A stretch of 64,000 nt of DNA, taken from contig CAVSZB010000003.1 of assembly GCA_963732385.1 (NCBI GenBank), positions 160,001-224,000 on the forward strand, written 5' to 3'. The stretch is from an uncultured bacterium. GTDB taxonomy: Bacteria; Krumholzibacteriota; Krumholzibacteriia; LZORAL124-64-63. Positions 1 through 9,284 of this stretch are shown here, piece after piece; positions within the stretch are counted from its first letter, which is position 1; each line of letters starts with the position of its first letter. A model generated the notes under the pieces. The model was given only the letters and a program-made list of their open reading frames with translations, did no database searches and was not told the origin of the DNA. The position numbers and the translations under genes were made by a program.

Positions 1-1
1 G

Positions 2-283
2 GTCGCGAACGAGGTGAAAACGCTGTTTTCCGCCGAGGTCACGGCGATCCTGCCCGACCGTGTGCGCCTGCGCCGGGGGGACGTCGAGATCGAACTGCCG
101 AACGACTACGTTTTCATCTTCGCCGGAGGTGAGCCGCCCTATCCGCTGTTGCAGCGCATGGGCATCGCTTTCGGCGGCAAGGCGACCCGGCGCGCCGATG
201 CGTTGCCCGCGTCGCCCGCGCCCTCCACGTCGCCCGCCCGCGCCGTCGCCTCCGATCTGCCCACCGCCGCCCACAGGCGTTGA
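2..283 (+). CDS. C-terminal fragment of an FAD/NAD(P)-dependent oxidoreductase (thioredoxin reductase/YpdA-like), truncated by the window start
   Basis: Frame is open from the window edge; 'ELPNDYVFIFAGGEPPYPLL' resembles the end of the NAD(P)-binding domain of pyridine nucleotide-disulfide oxidoreductases. Confidence 0.6.
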   Translation, partial: VANEVKTLFSAEVTAILPDRVRLRRGDVEIELPNDYVFIFAGGEPPYPLLQRMGIAFGGKATRRADALPASPAPSTSPARAVASDLPTAAHRR

Positions 284-303
284 TTTCCGGCGGTGTTCGG
301 CTC

Positions 304-1598
304 ATGCTGAGCGGCATGCGCCGGTTCGGACATGCTGCGACTCCACCGTCACCCTGGCTCGTGCCGGCCCTGTTCGTGGCCGTCGGCGCGGCGCTGCAGG
401 CGGTCCATCACGGTCCGCTTCTCCAGACCGTGGAAAACGACTTCGTCGGCCACGCCGCCCGCGCCGCAAGCTGGCGCGCGGTCTTCACCCTGCACGGTCT
501 CTATCCGTTCGGCTATGCGTTCGTGTTGCGGCTCGGGACCCTGCTGCTGGCCGACCCGTTCGTCGCGGCCAGGATAATCGCCGTCGTCTCGGCCGGTCTG
601 TCCCTGCGCGTGGCGCACGCGCTGGCCCGCGAACTGTTCGGGCCGGGCGCGGCGCTGGCCACGCAGGTATTTCTCGCCCTGAACTGGCACTTCCACGAGA
701 CGGCCCTGCTCGTCGGCACGGATCAACTCGCCTCTCTGATCGCCTTGCTGGCCGTGCGGGCGCTGGTCGCGTCGCTGCGGGACGCGACGTTTTCCCGCGC
801 GATCAGCGGGGGGGGTGGGCCGGTGCCGCCGCGCTCGTGCGCCAGACCGCGCTGGTCCTGCTGCCGGCCTTCGTGCTGGCGGCGCTCTGGATCGCGTTGC
901 GCGGGCGCGACGGACGCCGTCGGTGGCTGCTCGCGGTCGTGACCGTGGGCGCCGGCCTGGCGGTCTACGCGCCGCAGATGGCGATCTCCTGGCGCGAGAC
1001 CGGCACGCCGTTCCACCATACCCAGGCCCGGAACGTCTGGTTCGGGCTGCACGGCGAAATGGACTGGAGCCGATCGCCGGGGGAGCGCGAGCTGTCGCTG
1101 ATCGGCATCGTGCGCGACGACCCGCGTCTCTTCTTCACGCACTGGGCGAACGAAACGGTCCTCGGCGGCATCCGTCTCGCGGCGATGACCGTCGGCCAGT
1201 TCCCCCCCTGGCTGGCGCGGCGGGTGGGCGGGATCGTTCCGGTCATCTGCGGCTGCCTGACCGGCCTTGCCGTGCTGGCGACGCTGGTCAGCCTGCGCCC
1301 GCTGCGACTGCGTCGGCTGGCGCGACAGATCGCGCTGCCGGGCGGCGTCGCGCTGTTTTTGATCCTGCTCGTAGGCGGCTGGACGGCCGCAGTGGGCCTC
1401 GCCTTTTCCACTTCGCGGTTCCTGCTCACTCCCTGGATCGTCTGCGCGATCGTCGCCGTGGCTCTTTTCCGGAGCGTCTGCCTGCCGGGCGACGGGGGAC
1501 TGGACCGGCGCGCCGCGCTGGCGCAGGGCGCCTGGCTGCTGACGCTGCTGGTCCACGCCGTCTGCGTGATCTGGTTGACGTTCCGGCTGGGCGCCTGA
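304..1598 (+). pseudogene. Multi-TM ArnT/PMT (GT-C, GT39-like) membrane glycosyltransferase split by a frameshift in a G8 tract (808-815)
   Basis: N-terminal half in the frame of ORF 280-942 (YPFGY, TM helices, 'LVGTDQL'); C-terminal half in the frame of ORF 60-1598 ('WAGAAALVRQ', 'WRETGTPF', 'SRFLL'); the two join at AGC-GGGGGGGG-TGG. Confidence 0.65.
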
Positions 1599-1668
1599 GA
1601 CGCCGAATCCGGACGCGTCGACCGGTCGCGGTTGATTTCTCCGGCCTTCCGGCCCATGCTGTGGCGCG

Positions 1669-2523
1669 ATGAGACCAGGCGAGGAGATCAAGCGGTTCGG
1701 CCTCTTTCTGCGGCGCCTCCAGCGCGAGATGGGGTACGACGACTGCATGGGGATGGCGGCGCAGATCGCCTTCTACATGCTGCTGTCCATCTTTCCCTTC
1801 CTTGTCTTCCTGCTGAGCCTCATCAGTTTCCTGCCCATCCCCGACCTGGATCGCCATGTCATGGGGGTGCTGAGCGAGTCGCTTCCCGTGGAGTCCTTCC
1901 AGCTGGTCGCCGACACGGTGCAGTCGCTGCTGACGACCCGCCGCGAGGAGTTGCTCGGCGTCGGCCTGCTGGTGGCGCTCTGGTCGGGATCGATGGGGAT
2001 CGGCGCCATCATCACCACGATCAATCGCGCCTACAACATCCGCCCGCGGCGTTCGCTCGTGGAGCAGAAGCTCCTCGCCATCGTGCTCACGATCGCACTG
2101 AGCGGCATCATGCTGCTGTCGACGGTGCTTGTGCTGGTCGGCCCCCACGCCACCCACGTCATCTTCCAGTTCCTGGGTCTGGCCGGCGACAGCTACAACG
2201 CCTGGACGCAGCTGCGCCTGGCTGTCGTGTTCGGACTGAACCTGCTCACGCTCGCCCTGCTCTACTATTTCGGACCGGAGGCGCGCCAGGAGTTCCGCTG
2301 GATCCTGCCCGGCGCGGTCACCTCGACCGTGCTGTGGCTCGGCGCCTCCTCGCTGTTCCGCCTGTTCGTGCGCAATTTCGGCTCCTACAACGCCACCTAC
2401 GGCTCACTGGCCGCGTTCGTCATCCTCATGGTGTGGCTCTGGATGAGCGGCCTGATCTTCCTGCTCGGCGCGGAGATCAACGCGGGGATGAAACGCATGG
2501 ACCTGCACGAAGAACGACCCTGA
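1669..2523 (+). CDS. YihY/virulence factor BrkB family membrane protein
   Basis: 'AAQIAFYMLLSIFP', 'INRAY', 'NFGSYNATYGSLAA...W...GAEIN' motifs. Confidence 0.9.
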   Translation: MRPGEEIKRFGLFLRRLQREMGYDDCMGMAAQIAFYMLLSIFPFLVFLLSLISFLPIPDLDRHVMGVLSESLPVESFQLVADTVQSLLTTRREELLGVGLLVALWSGSMGIGAIITTINRAYNIRPRRSLVEQKLLAIVLTIALSGIMLLSTVLVLVGPHATHVIFQFLGLAGDSYNAWTQLRLAVVFGLNLLTLALLYYFGPEARQEFRWILPGAVTSTVLWLGASSLFRLFVRNFGSYNATYGSLAAFVILMVWLWMSGLIFLLGAEINAGMKRMDLHEERP

Positions 2524-2549
2524 CGGATGCGCCACCACGGGAGGTCTGC

Positions 2550-2900
2550 ATGCCGGGCCCCGACTGGATCCGTGAGTTTCCCGCCGCCGTCACCGTTTGC
2601 GACGCGGCGGGCATCATCCTCGACCTGAATGAGCGCGCGGTGGAGACGTTCGCACGGGACGGCGGCGCCGCCCTGATCGGGCGCAACGTGCTCGACTGCC
2701 ATCCCGAGCCGTCGCGTTCGCAGCTTGAGCAGATGCTGGCCGAACGGACGCGCCACGTGTACACGATCGAGAAGGACGGGGTGCGCAAGCTGATCTACCA
2801 GGCTCCGTGGTTCGTGGCTGGCGAGTACTGCGGTTTCGTGGAGCTTGCCCTGCCGTTGCCCGATTCGCTGCCCCATTTCGTGCGGGAGGCGCAACCATGA
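2550..2900 (+). CDS. Stand-alone PAS-domain protein
   Basis: GGAGG RBS before ATG 2550; 'AVTVCDAAGIILDLN...LIGRNVLDCHP...YTIEKDG' PAS pattern. Confidence 0.8.
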   Translation: MPGPDWIREFPAAVTVCDAAGIILDLNERAVETFARDGGAALIGRNVLDCHPEPSRSQLEQMLAERTRHVYTIEKDGVRKLIYQAPWFVAGEYCGFVELALPLPDSLPHFVREAQP

Positions 2901-3310
2901 CCACTGCCAGAGCCAGCTGGGCCGGCGGCCTGCGCTTCGTCGGCGAAGCCGATTCGGGCCACCTCGTCATGATGGACGCCCCCGGTCCGGACGGCGACGA
3001 TCCGCAGGCGCCCACGCCGGTGGAGCACTGCCTGATCGCGTTGTGCGCCTGCAGTGGCATCGACGTGGCGAGCATCCTGCACAAGATGAAGACGCCGTTC
3101 CGTTCACTCGAGGTCTCCGCCGAAGCGGAGCGCGCGCCGGGCCACCCGCGCGTGTTCACGAGGATCCGCTTGAAATACCGCGTGGGCGGTGATGTGCCGG
3201 AGGAGAAGGTGCGCCGGGCCGTGGACCTGTCCGAGGAGACCTACTGTTCGGTCGGCGCGATGCTGCGCGCGACGGCGGAGGTCACGCACGAGATCGAGAT
3301 CGTGCCGTGA
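2897..3310 (+). CDS. OsmC family protein (YhfA-like)
   Basis: ATGA overlap with the PAS gene; 'PTPVEHCLIALCACSGIDV' and 'ETYCSV' conserved Cys motifs. Confidence 0.9.
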   Translation: MTTARASWAGGLRFVGEADSGHLVMMDAPGPDGDDPQAPTPVEHCLIALCACSGIDVASILHKMKTPFRSLEVSAEAERAPGHPRVFTRIRLKYRVGGDVPEEKVRRAVDLSEETYCSVGAMLRATAEVTHEIEIVP

Positions 3311-3478
3311 CGACCGGTCCCGACCCGATTGCGCCGGCGCGCCCACATGTAGTATATTCACCCGATACTGCAAGACTTTCAGATCGAAACAGCGGATCGG
3401 CCGGCCTGCTTTCCCCGCCAGCGCGCCAGCGTCGTTTCTTCACCGCAAACGGCTTCATCCGCGGCCAGGGAGAAACTC

Positions 3479-6400
3479 ATGCTCCGTCGTCACGTGCTGT
3501 TTTCCTGCCTGATTCCGGCCCTTGCGGCGCTGGCTGCGGGGGCCGGTCTCGTGGGCGCCGCCACGATCGATCCCGGCCTGCAGGCTGAACTGGGCGCCAA
3601 GGGCGCCGGCGCCGCGGTCGACGTGCTGATGCTGTTCGACGATACGTTCGATTACCCTGCCCTGGACCGTGGTCTCGATGGAGCTGCGCCGGAGGTGCGG
3701 CGGGCGGCGGTGGTCGCGGCGCTGAAGGAACGCGCGGAGACGGATCAGGCGGAGGCGCGCCACGCGCTCGAGGTCGCCGTGCGCGCCGGTCGCGCCACGA
3801 ACGTGCGCGTGCTCTGGCTTGCCGACGCGCTGGCCTTTCGCGGCGATGCGGCGACAGTGCAGACCCTCGCCGCCACGAAGAGTACCGCCACGCTGATCCA
3901 CGACAAGCCGTACGACATGGCGGGCGGCGTGACCGCGGCTCCGCGCGCCGCAGACCAGCCCCGACCCGCCGCGGCAAGGTTGATGACCTCCGCGAACGAC
4001 ACGGCGTGGAGCGTGAAATGGGTGAAGGCGAACCGCGTATGGCTCGACACCGGCTGCAACGGCTACGGGATCGTGGTGGCGCACTTCGACACCGGCGTGT
4101 GGCTGATGCATCCCGACCTCGCCAGCCGGCTCTGGGTGAATTCGGGCGAAATCGCCGGCAACGGTCTTGACGACGATGGCAACGGCTACGTGGACGACGT
4201 CAACGGCTACGATTTCGCCGACTTCGACGGTGATCCGAATGATGACGTGACCGGCGTCGCCGCCGGCCACGGCACGCACACCGCCGGCACCTTGGCCGGC
4301 GACGGCACGAACGGTACGATTACCGGCGTCGCCCCGGGCGCGCGGGTGATGGTCTGCAAGGTCTTCTATTCGGATGGTTCGGGCGCGCCGTTCAGCGTCA
4401 TCTACGAGGGGCAGCAGTACGCCATCCTGGAGGGGGCCCGGGTCTTCACCATGTCGCTCGGCATCGGCGGCTATCTGCCGGTGTCGCTCCACAAGACCGA
4501 GCGGCAGAACGCCGAGGGCATCCGCACGGCCGGCGTGGCGTTCTTCAACGCGTCCGGCAATGACCACGGCTTCTACAGCCCTCCCGACGAACTTGGCGTG
4601 ACGGCCCGCGTGCCGGCCCCTTGGCACGCCGCCGGCACCGCCTGGAGCTCGCGCGGTGGGGTGATCTCCGTCGGCGGCACTGGCTACCTGAACGACACGA
4701 TCTACGCCGTATCATCGTGGGGCCCGGCTTACTGGGGCGATGTGTCGCCATGGAACGACTGGCCTTCCCCGACCGGCATCATCAAGCCGGACATCTGCGC
4801 GCCGGCCGTCAATGTCAATTCGCTTCTGAAGCCGGACGGCTACTCCGGCGACACCTGGAGCGGGACCTCGATGGCCACCCCGCACGCCGCGGGCGTGGCG
4901 GCGCTCATGCTGTCGAGGAACCCATCGTTGTCTCCAGCCGGCATCGACTCGATCATCGAGCAGACCGCCACACCGCTCGGCGCGGCAGGCAAGGACAACA
5001 CCTACGGCGCGGGCGCCATCAACGCGCTGGCGGCGGTCAACGCGGTGCCGGCGGCGCTGCATCCGTACCTGGTGCGATCCACGCTCACGATCGATGACGC
5101 CGACGCTGACGGCGCGATCGATCCGGGCGAGAGCTTCAACCTGCTCATCACTCTTCGGAACAACAGTTCGCTGGTGAACGCCACCGGCGTCACGGCGGGT
5201 CTGGTCGTGGCGGCGAACCCGTACGTCACCGTCAGTGACGGTTACGCGGTCTACCCGGATCTCGCCACGGGCACAGAATCGGCCGCGAACGCGGGTGATC
5301 TGTTCGCCCTCACGGTTGGCGCCGCCGCCCCGCAGGGCTACGTCTTCACCTGCCGGCTGACCATGTTCGCGGCGGACGGCTATCAGGTGACCGAGGATTT
5401 CAAGCTGCCGGTCGGTCTGCCCGAGTACCGCGATCACGATGCCGGCCGGGTCTACCTGACCGTCACCGATCAGGGCACGCTCGGCTTCATGAACGATACC
5501 CTCAGCCTCGGCAACGGGTTCGGCCGCGTCAATGAAGGCAGCGTGCTTTACCTCGGCTCATTCTGGGGAGGCACCGGCGAGAACTACATCTGTAACCACG
5601 ATTACAGCGGGACCGCCGTCGGCACTACGGTCGAGACCTACGAGTGGGTTGCCTCCTCCACGCCCCTCGGGCGGGTGGCCGCAGTCAACACCGGCGTGGC
5701 GCCGCAGGAATACCAGGCCATCTTCAACGATTCCGGCCATGCCGCGCCGCGGGATCTCCTGGTAACCCAAAACAGCTACGCCTGGACGGATGCGGCCAGC
5801 GAGGACTTCGTCGTTCTCAGGTACACGATACGCAACACCGGCGTGGCCGCGGTGACCGATTACCACGCCGGCGTGTTCTGCGACTGGGACCTTGGCAATT
5901 CCGGCCAGAACTACGGCGATTCCGATATCGCGCGCCACCTGACCTACATGTATGAGAACGCGGCCGGGCCCTGCGTCGGCATCGCGCTGCTTTACCCCGA
6001 TGCGCACCGCAACCTGACGCTGATCGATAATGCCACCTACGTCTATCCGGAGGGGTCGATCGACGATGGCGTGAAGGCGCGCCACCTCAGGGGCACCATG
6101 TCGCTGCCGACCGCCACCACCGCGGCGGACTACTCCGCTCTCACCTCCGCCGGACCGTTCGCGATCGATCCGGGTGCGGAAATTTCTGTGGCCTTCGCGC
6201 TGATCTACGGGGACAACCTCGCCGACCTGCGGGCCAACGCGGACGTCGCGCAACTCATGTACCGCGACCCGTTGGAAGAGGAAACGCCGGTTCGGTGCCT
6301 CGACCAGAACCGCCCGAATCCCTTCAACCCGTTTACGCTGATCAACTACTCGATCGAGCGCGAGGGCCCGGTCACGTTGACTGTGTTCGACCCCGGCGGT

Positions 6401-6565
6401 CGCAAACTGCGCACGTTCGAGCAGGGCGTGCAGGCGCCCGGCCGCCACGCGGTGGTCTGGGACGGTACGGACGAGCGCGGCGCCCGCCAGTCCTCCGGCA
6501 TGTATCTGTACCGGCTGCAGGCCGATGGCCGCTCGCTCACGCGCAAGATGATGCTGGTGAAATGA
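3479..6565 (+). CDS. Secreted S8 (subtilisin-like) serine peptidase with C-terminal FlgD-Ig/T9SS-like domain
   Basis: Signal peptide; catalytic D (HFDTG), H (HGTHTAG), S (GTSMATP); 'DDDGNGYVDD' Ca loop; C-terminal 'PNPFNP...WDG...SGMYLYRL...KMMLVK'. Confidence 0.92.
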   Translation: MLRRHVLFSCLIPALAALAAGAGLVGAATIDPGLQAELGAKGAGAAVDVLMLFDDTFDYPALDRGLDGAAPEVRRAAVVAALKERAETDQAEARHALEVAVRAGRATNVRVLWLADALAFRGDAATVQTLAATKSTATLIHDKPYDMAGGVTAAPRAADQPRPAAARLMTSANDTAWSVKWVKANRVWLDTGCNGYGIVVAHFDTGVWLMHPDLASRLWVNSGEIAGNGLDDDGNGYVDDVNGYDFADFDGDPNDDVTGVAAGHGTHTAGTLAGDGTNGTITGVAPGARVMVCKVFYSDGSGAPFSVIYEGQQYAILEGARVFTMSLGIGGYLPVSLHKTERQNAEGIRTAGVAFFNASGNDHGFYSPPDELGVTARVPAPWHAAGTAWSSRGGVISVGGTGYLNDTIYAVSSWGPAYWGDVSPWNDWPSPTGIIKPDICAPAVNVNSLLKPDGYSGDTWSGTSMATPHAAGVAALMLSRNPSLSPAGIDSIIEQTATPLGAAGKDNTYGAGAINALAAVNAVPAALHPYLVRSTLTIDDADADGAIDPGESFNLLITLRNNSSLVNATGVTAGLVVAANPYVTVSDGYAVYPDLATGTESAANAGDLFALTVGAAAPQGYVFTCRLTMFAADGYQVTEDFKLPVGLPEYRDHDAGRVYLTVTDQGTLGFMNDTLSLGNGFGRVNEGSVLYLGSFWGGTGENYICNHDYSGTAVGTTVETYEWVASSTPLGRVAAVNTGVAPQEYQAIFNDSGHAAPRDLLVTQNSYAWTDAASEDFVVLRYTIRNTGVAAVTDYHAGVFCDWDLGNSGQNYGDSDIARHLTYMYENAAGPCVGIALLYPDAHRNLTLIDNATYVYPEGSIDDGVKARHLRGTMSLPTATTAADYSALTSAGPFAIDPGAEISVAFALIYGDNLADLRANADVAQLMYRDPLEEETPVRCLDQNRPNPFNPFTLINYSIEREGPVTLTVFDPGGRKLRTFEQGVQAPGRHAVVWDGTDERGARQSSGMYLYRLQADGRSLTRKMMLVK

Positions 6566-6643
6566 CATTTCAGGGACGGAGGAGCAGGCCGCGCCCTGCC
6601 CGCATTTCCGGTTGATCGGACCCTTTTCCTGGAGCGTTCGCAC

Positions 6644-9064
6644 ATGAAGCACACTTCGCCGTATTTCGCCGCCGCCCCCCGCGCCGTCGCCCGGATCGTC
6701 GGCCTGCTGTTGGCGCTGACCGCCGTCGCCGTGCCTGGCGTCTCCGCGGAAAGGCCAGGCGGGCCGGACTTCATGCCGGCTCATCCAGAGTTGCTCGCGC
6801 GCGTTGGCAAGGCCGGCCTGGTCCGCCTGACCGGCGAGCAGACGCCGGTGGAGATGTACACCGAGTCGCGCGACGCTCGCGCCAAGGCGGGCGCCGACAA
6901 GATCTCCGGCAGCGGCACCTGCCTGGTCATCCTGTGGCAGTTCACGGATCATCCTGCCGATGTGACGGCGCACCCGGCGTCCGCGTACCAGAACCTGCTG
7001 TTCTCGACCGGGACCTGGCCGACGGGGAGCATGAACGACTACTTCCGTGAGGTCAGCTACGGCGCGTTCGGCGTGTCGGGCGCGCCGATCGGCTGGACGA
7101 CCTCCAGCACCACCTACGCGAGCTACACGCCCTACGATTTCACCACGACGCGCACCATGATCCAGAACGCGGTCGCCCAGCTCGATCCCACCGTGAACTT
7201 CGCCCTCTACGACAACGACGGTCCCGACGGCGTGCCGCACTCGGCCGACGATGACGGCTACGTGGACGCGCTCTTCTTCGTCCACGCCGGCCCCGGTCAG
7301 GAGGAGACCGGCAACCCTGTCGACATCTGGTCGCATGCCTGGTCGTTCACGGGCGGTCTGGCCACCGGCGACGGGGTGCGCATCGGGCGCTACTCGGTTG
7401 AGCCGGAGGAGACCGCCAGCGGCCTCCTCGAATCGATCGGCGTCTTCTGCCACGAGTACGGGCACGTGCTCGGTCTGCCCGACCTCTACGACACCGACTA
7501 CAGTTCGGAGGGCGTGGGGGATTGGTGCCTGATGAGCGGCGGTTCCTGGAACGCGCGTCCCGGCGGACAGTGGGGCTCCTGTCCCGCCCACCCGCTGGCG
7601 TGGTGCAAGCAGCAGCTAGGCTGGCTCTCGCCGACGGTCGTTACCACGACGACCGTCGGTGTTACGCTTCCGCCGGCGGAAACGAGTCCGTCGGCGCGCC
7701 GCATCTTCCGCGGTGGCGTCACCACCGGCGACGAATATTTTCTGGTCGAGAATCGGCGCCAACTCGGCTTCGATGCCGGCCTGACCCGGCGCCAGGTGCG
7801 GTTCGGCCTGCCCGCGCCCGAGGGGCTGCTCGTTCTGCACGTTGACGAGTCGTGCATCAGCAACGCCGGCGACACGCACCGCCTCGTCGACGTCGTGGAG
7901 GCCACTCCCTGGTTCACGCTCGCGGGCGCCCCGTTCGAGCATCTCGACGGCGCGGCCGGCTGGGACGAGCCGCGCTGGCTCGACAACGCCAACCGCGGCG
8001 ACAACGGCGATCTCTGGCCCGGCTTCGCGTCCGCCAGCGCCGACACGACCGACTGGCTCGCGCCGCGCAGCCGCGACCGCTTCGCCGCCGACACCGTGCC
8101 GTCCGCCATCGACTACTTCTGCGAGCCGACCGGCATCGCGCTCACCAATATCACGCTCGCCGCCCCCAACGTGCAGGTCGACTTCGAGATCGGGACCGCG
8201 CTCGCCGCCGTGGCCCTGTCATCGGTGGCCGATCTGACCTGGAACTTCGAGAACGGTCCCGAGGACTGGCAGTTCTGCAACAGCTTCGTTCACGTCGATG
8301 AGACGCAGGCGATCGGCTGTGACGGCGCCGCCGGCCTGTGGTTCGGCGTCAACGATCCCAGCTTCGTCTGCCCGCCCGGCTACGGCAACGGCTGGAACGA
8401 CTTCGCCTGGCACACGATCGTCGTGCAGGCCGGCGCCTCCGTGACTCTGCGCCACAAGTTCGACCTGGAGTGGGCCTACGACTACGGCTGGGTAGAGGTG
8501 CGCTGCGCCGGCGATTCAGGAGCGCCTTGGCATGTGGTGGCCACGTTCACCGGCGACAGCGGCGGCTGCGCCCTGGAGTCGTTCGCGATCCCGGTCGCCG
8601 CCATCACCGAATGCGCCGACCCGGAAACCGGTTACGCCAAACTGGACCTGCGCCTGCGCCTGACCAGTGACTCGGGCTGGTCGGCCGAGGACGGGGATTA
8701 CTGCGGCTTCGGCTGGTGGATCGACGAGTTGACGGTCGGCAACGCCATCACAGCCGCCGGGGACGTCCCCGCCGCCGCCGCCTTGACGACCGTGCTTCTG
8801 CCCGCCAGTCCGAATCCGTTCAATCCGCTCACCACGGTCCGTTTCCATATCCCGTCCGGCGCCCGCGACATCCTGCTGACCGTTCATGATCAGCGCGGTC
8901 GCCTCGTGCGCATTCTCGCCGACGGTCCCCTCGCCTCCGGCTGGCTCGAATGCACCTGGGACGGCCGCGGCGCCTCCGGCCAGGCGATGGCCAGCGGCGT
9001 CTATTTCGCGCGCCTGACCGTGGACGGCGAGGTGAAGATCCAGAAGTTGGCGCTGGTGAAATGA
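6644..9064 (+). CDS. Secreted M6 (immune inhibitor A-like) metalloprotease with C-terminal FlgD-Ig/T9SS-like domain
   Basis: 'GSMNDYFREVSYG', 'HEYGHVLGLPDLYD', 'WCLMSGGSW', 'EYFLVENR'; CTD 'PNPFNP...WDG...SGVYF...KLALVK'. Confidence 0.92.
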   Translation: MKHTSPYFAAAPRAVARIVGLLLALTAVAVPGVSAERPGGPDFMPAHPELLARVGKAGLVRLTGEQTPVEMYTESRDARAKAGADKISGSGTCLVILWQFTDHPADVTAHPASAYQNLLFSTGTWPTGSMNDYFREVSYGAFGVSGAPIGWTTSSTTYASYTPYDFTTTRTMIQNAVAQLDPTVNFALYDNDGPDGVPHSADDDGYVDALFFVHAGPGQEETGNPVDIWSHAWSFTGGLATGDGVRIGRYSVEPEETASGLLESIGVFCHEYGHVLGLPDLYDTDYSSEGVGDWCLMSGGSWNARPGGQWGSCPAHPLAWCKQQLGWLSPTVVTTTTVGVTLPPAETSPSARRIFRGGVTTGDEYFLVENRRQLGFDAGLTRRQVRFGLPAPEGLLVLHVDESCISNAGDTHRLVDVVEATPWFTLAGAPFEHLDGAAGWDEPRWLDNANRGDNGDLWPGFASASADTTDWLAPRSRDRFAADTVPSAIDYFCEPTGIALTNITLAAPNVQVDFEIGTALAAVALSSVADLTWNFENGPEDWQFCNSFVHVDETQAIGCDGAAGLWFGVNDPSFVCPPGYGNGWNDFAWHTIVVQAGASVTLRHKFDLEWAYDYGWVEVRCAGDSGAPWHVVATFTGDSGGCALESFAIPVAAITECADPETGYAKLDLRLRLTSDSGWSAEDGDYCGFGWWIDELTVGNAITAAGDVPAAAALTTVLLPASPNPFNPLTTVRFHIPSGARDILLTVHDQRGRLVRILADGPLASGWLECTWDGRGASGQAMASGVYFARLTVDGEVKIQKLALVK

Positions 9065-9195
9065 TATGGAACGACCGCAGTAGGGACGGTGTTGGCCCTC
9101 TCGGCGGCCCTCGGGACGCTGGTCCCGGGGGCCTTTCCATGCGGGCCAGATATCCTACAAAATTCGTTGGACATTAGCGGTCGCTCTTCACTTAT

Positions 9196-9224
9196 TTGGC
9201 AGTGCCCGCACGTGGCGGTACAAT
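9196..9224 (+). promoter_or_regulatory. sigma70-type promoter for resB-resC
   Basis: TTGGCA-N17-TACAAT. Confidence 0.55.
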
Positions 9225-9284
9225 GCAGTGTGCCGCGGCCCGCCCCGGGCGGTCGGCCCTCCTTTCACTCCGGCAGGTGACGCC

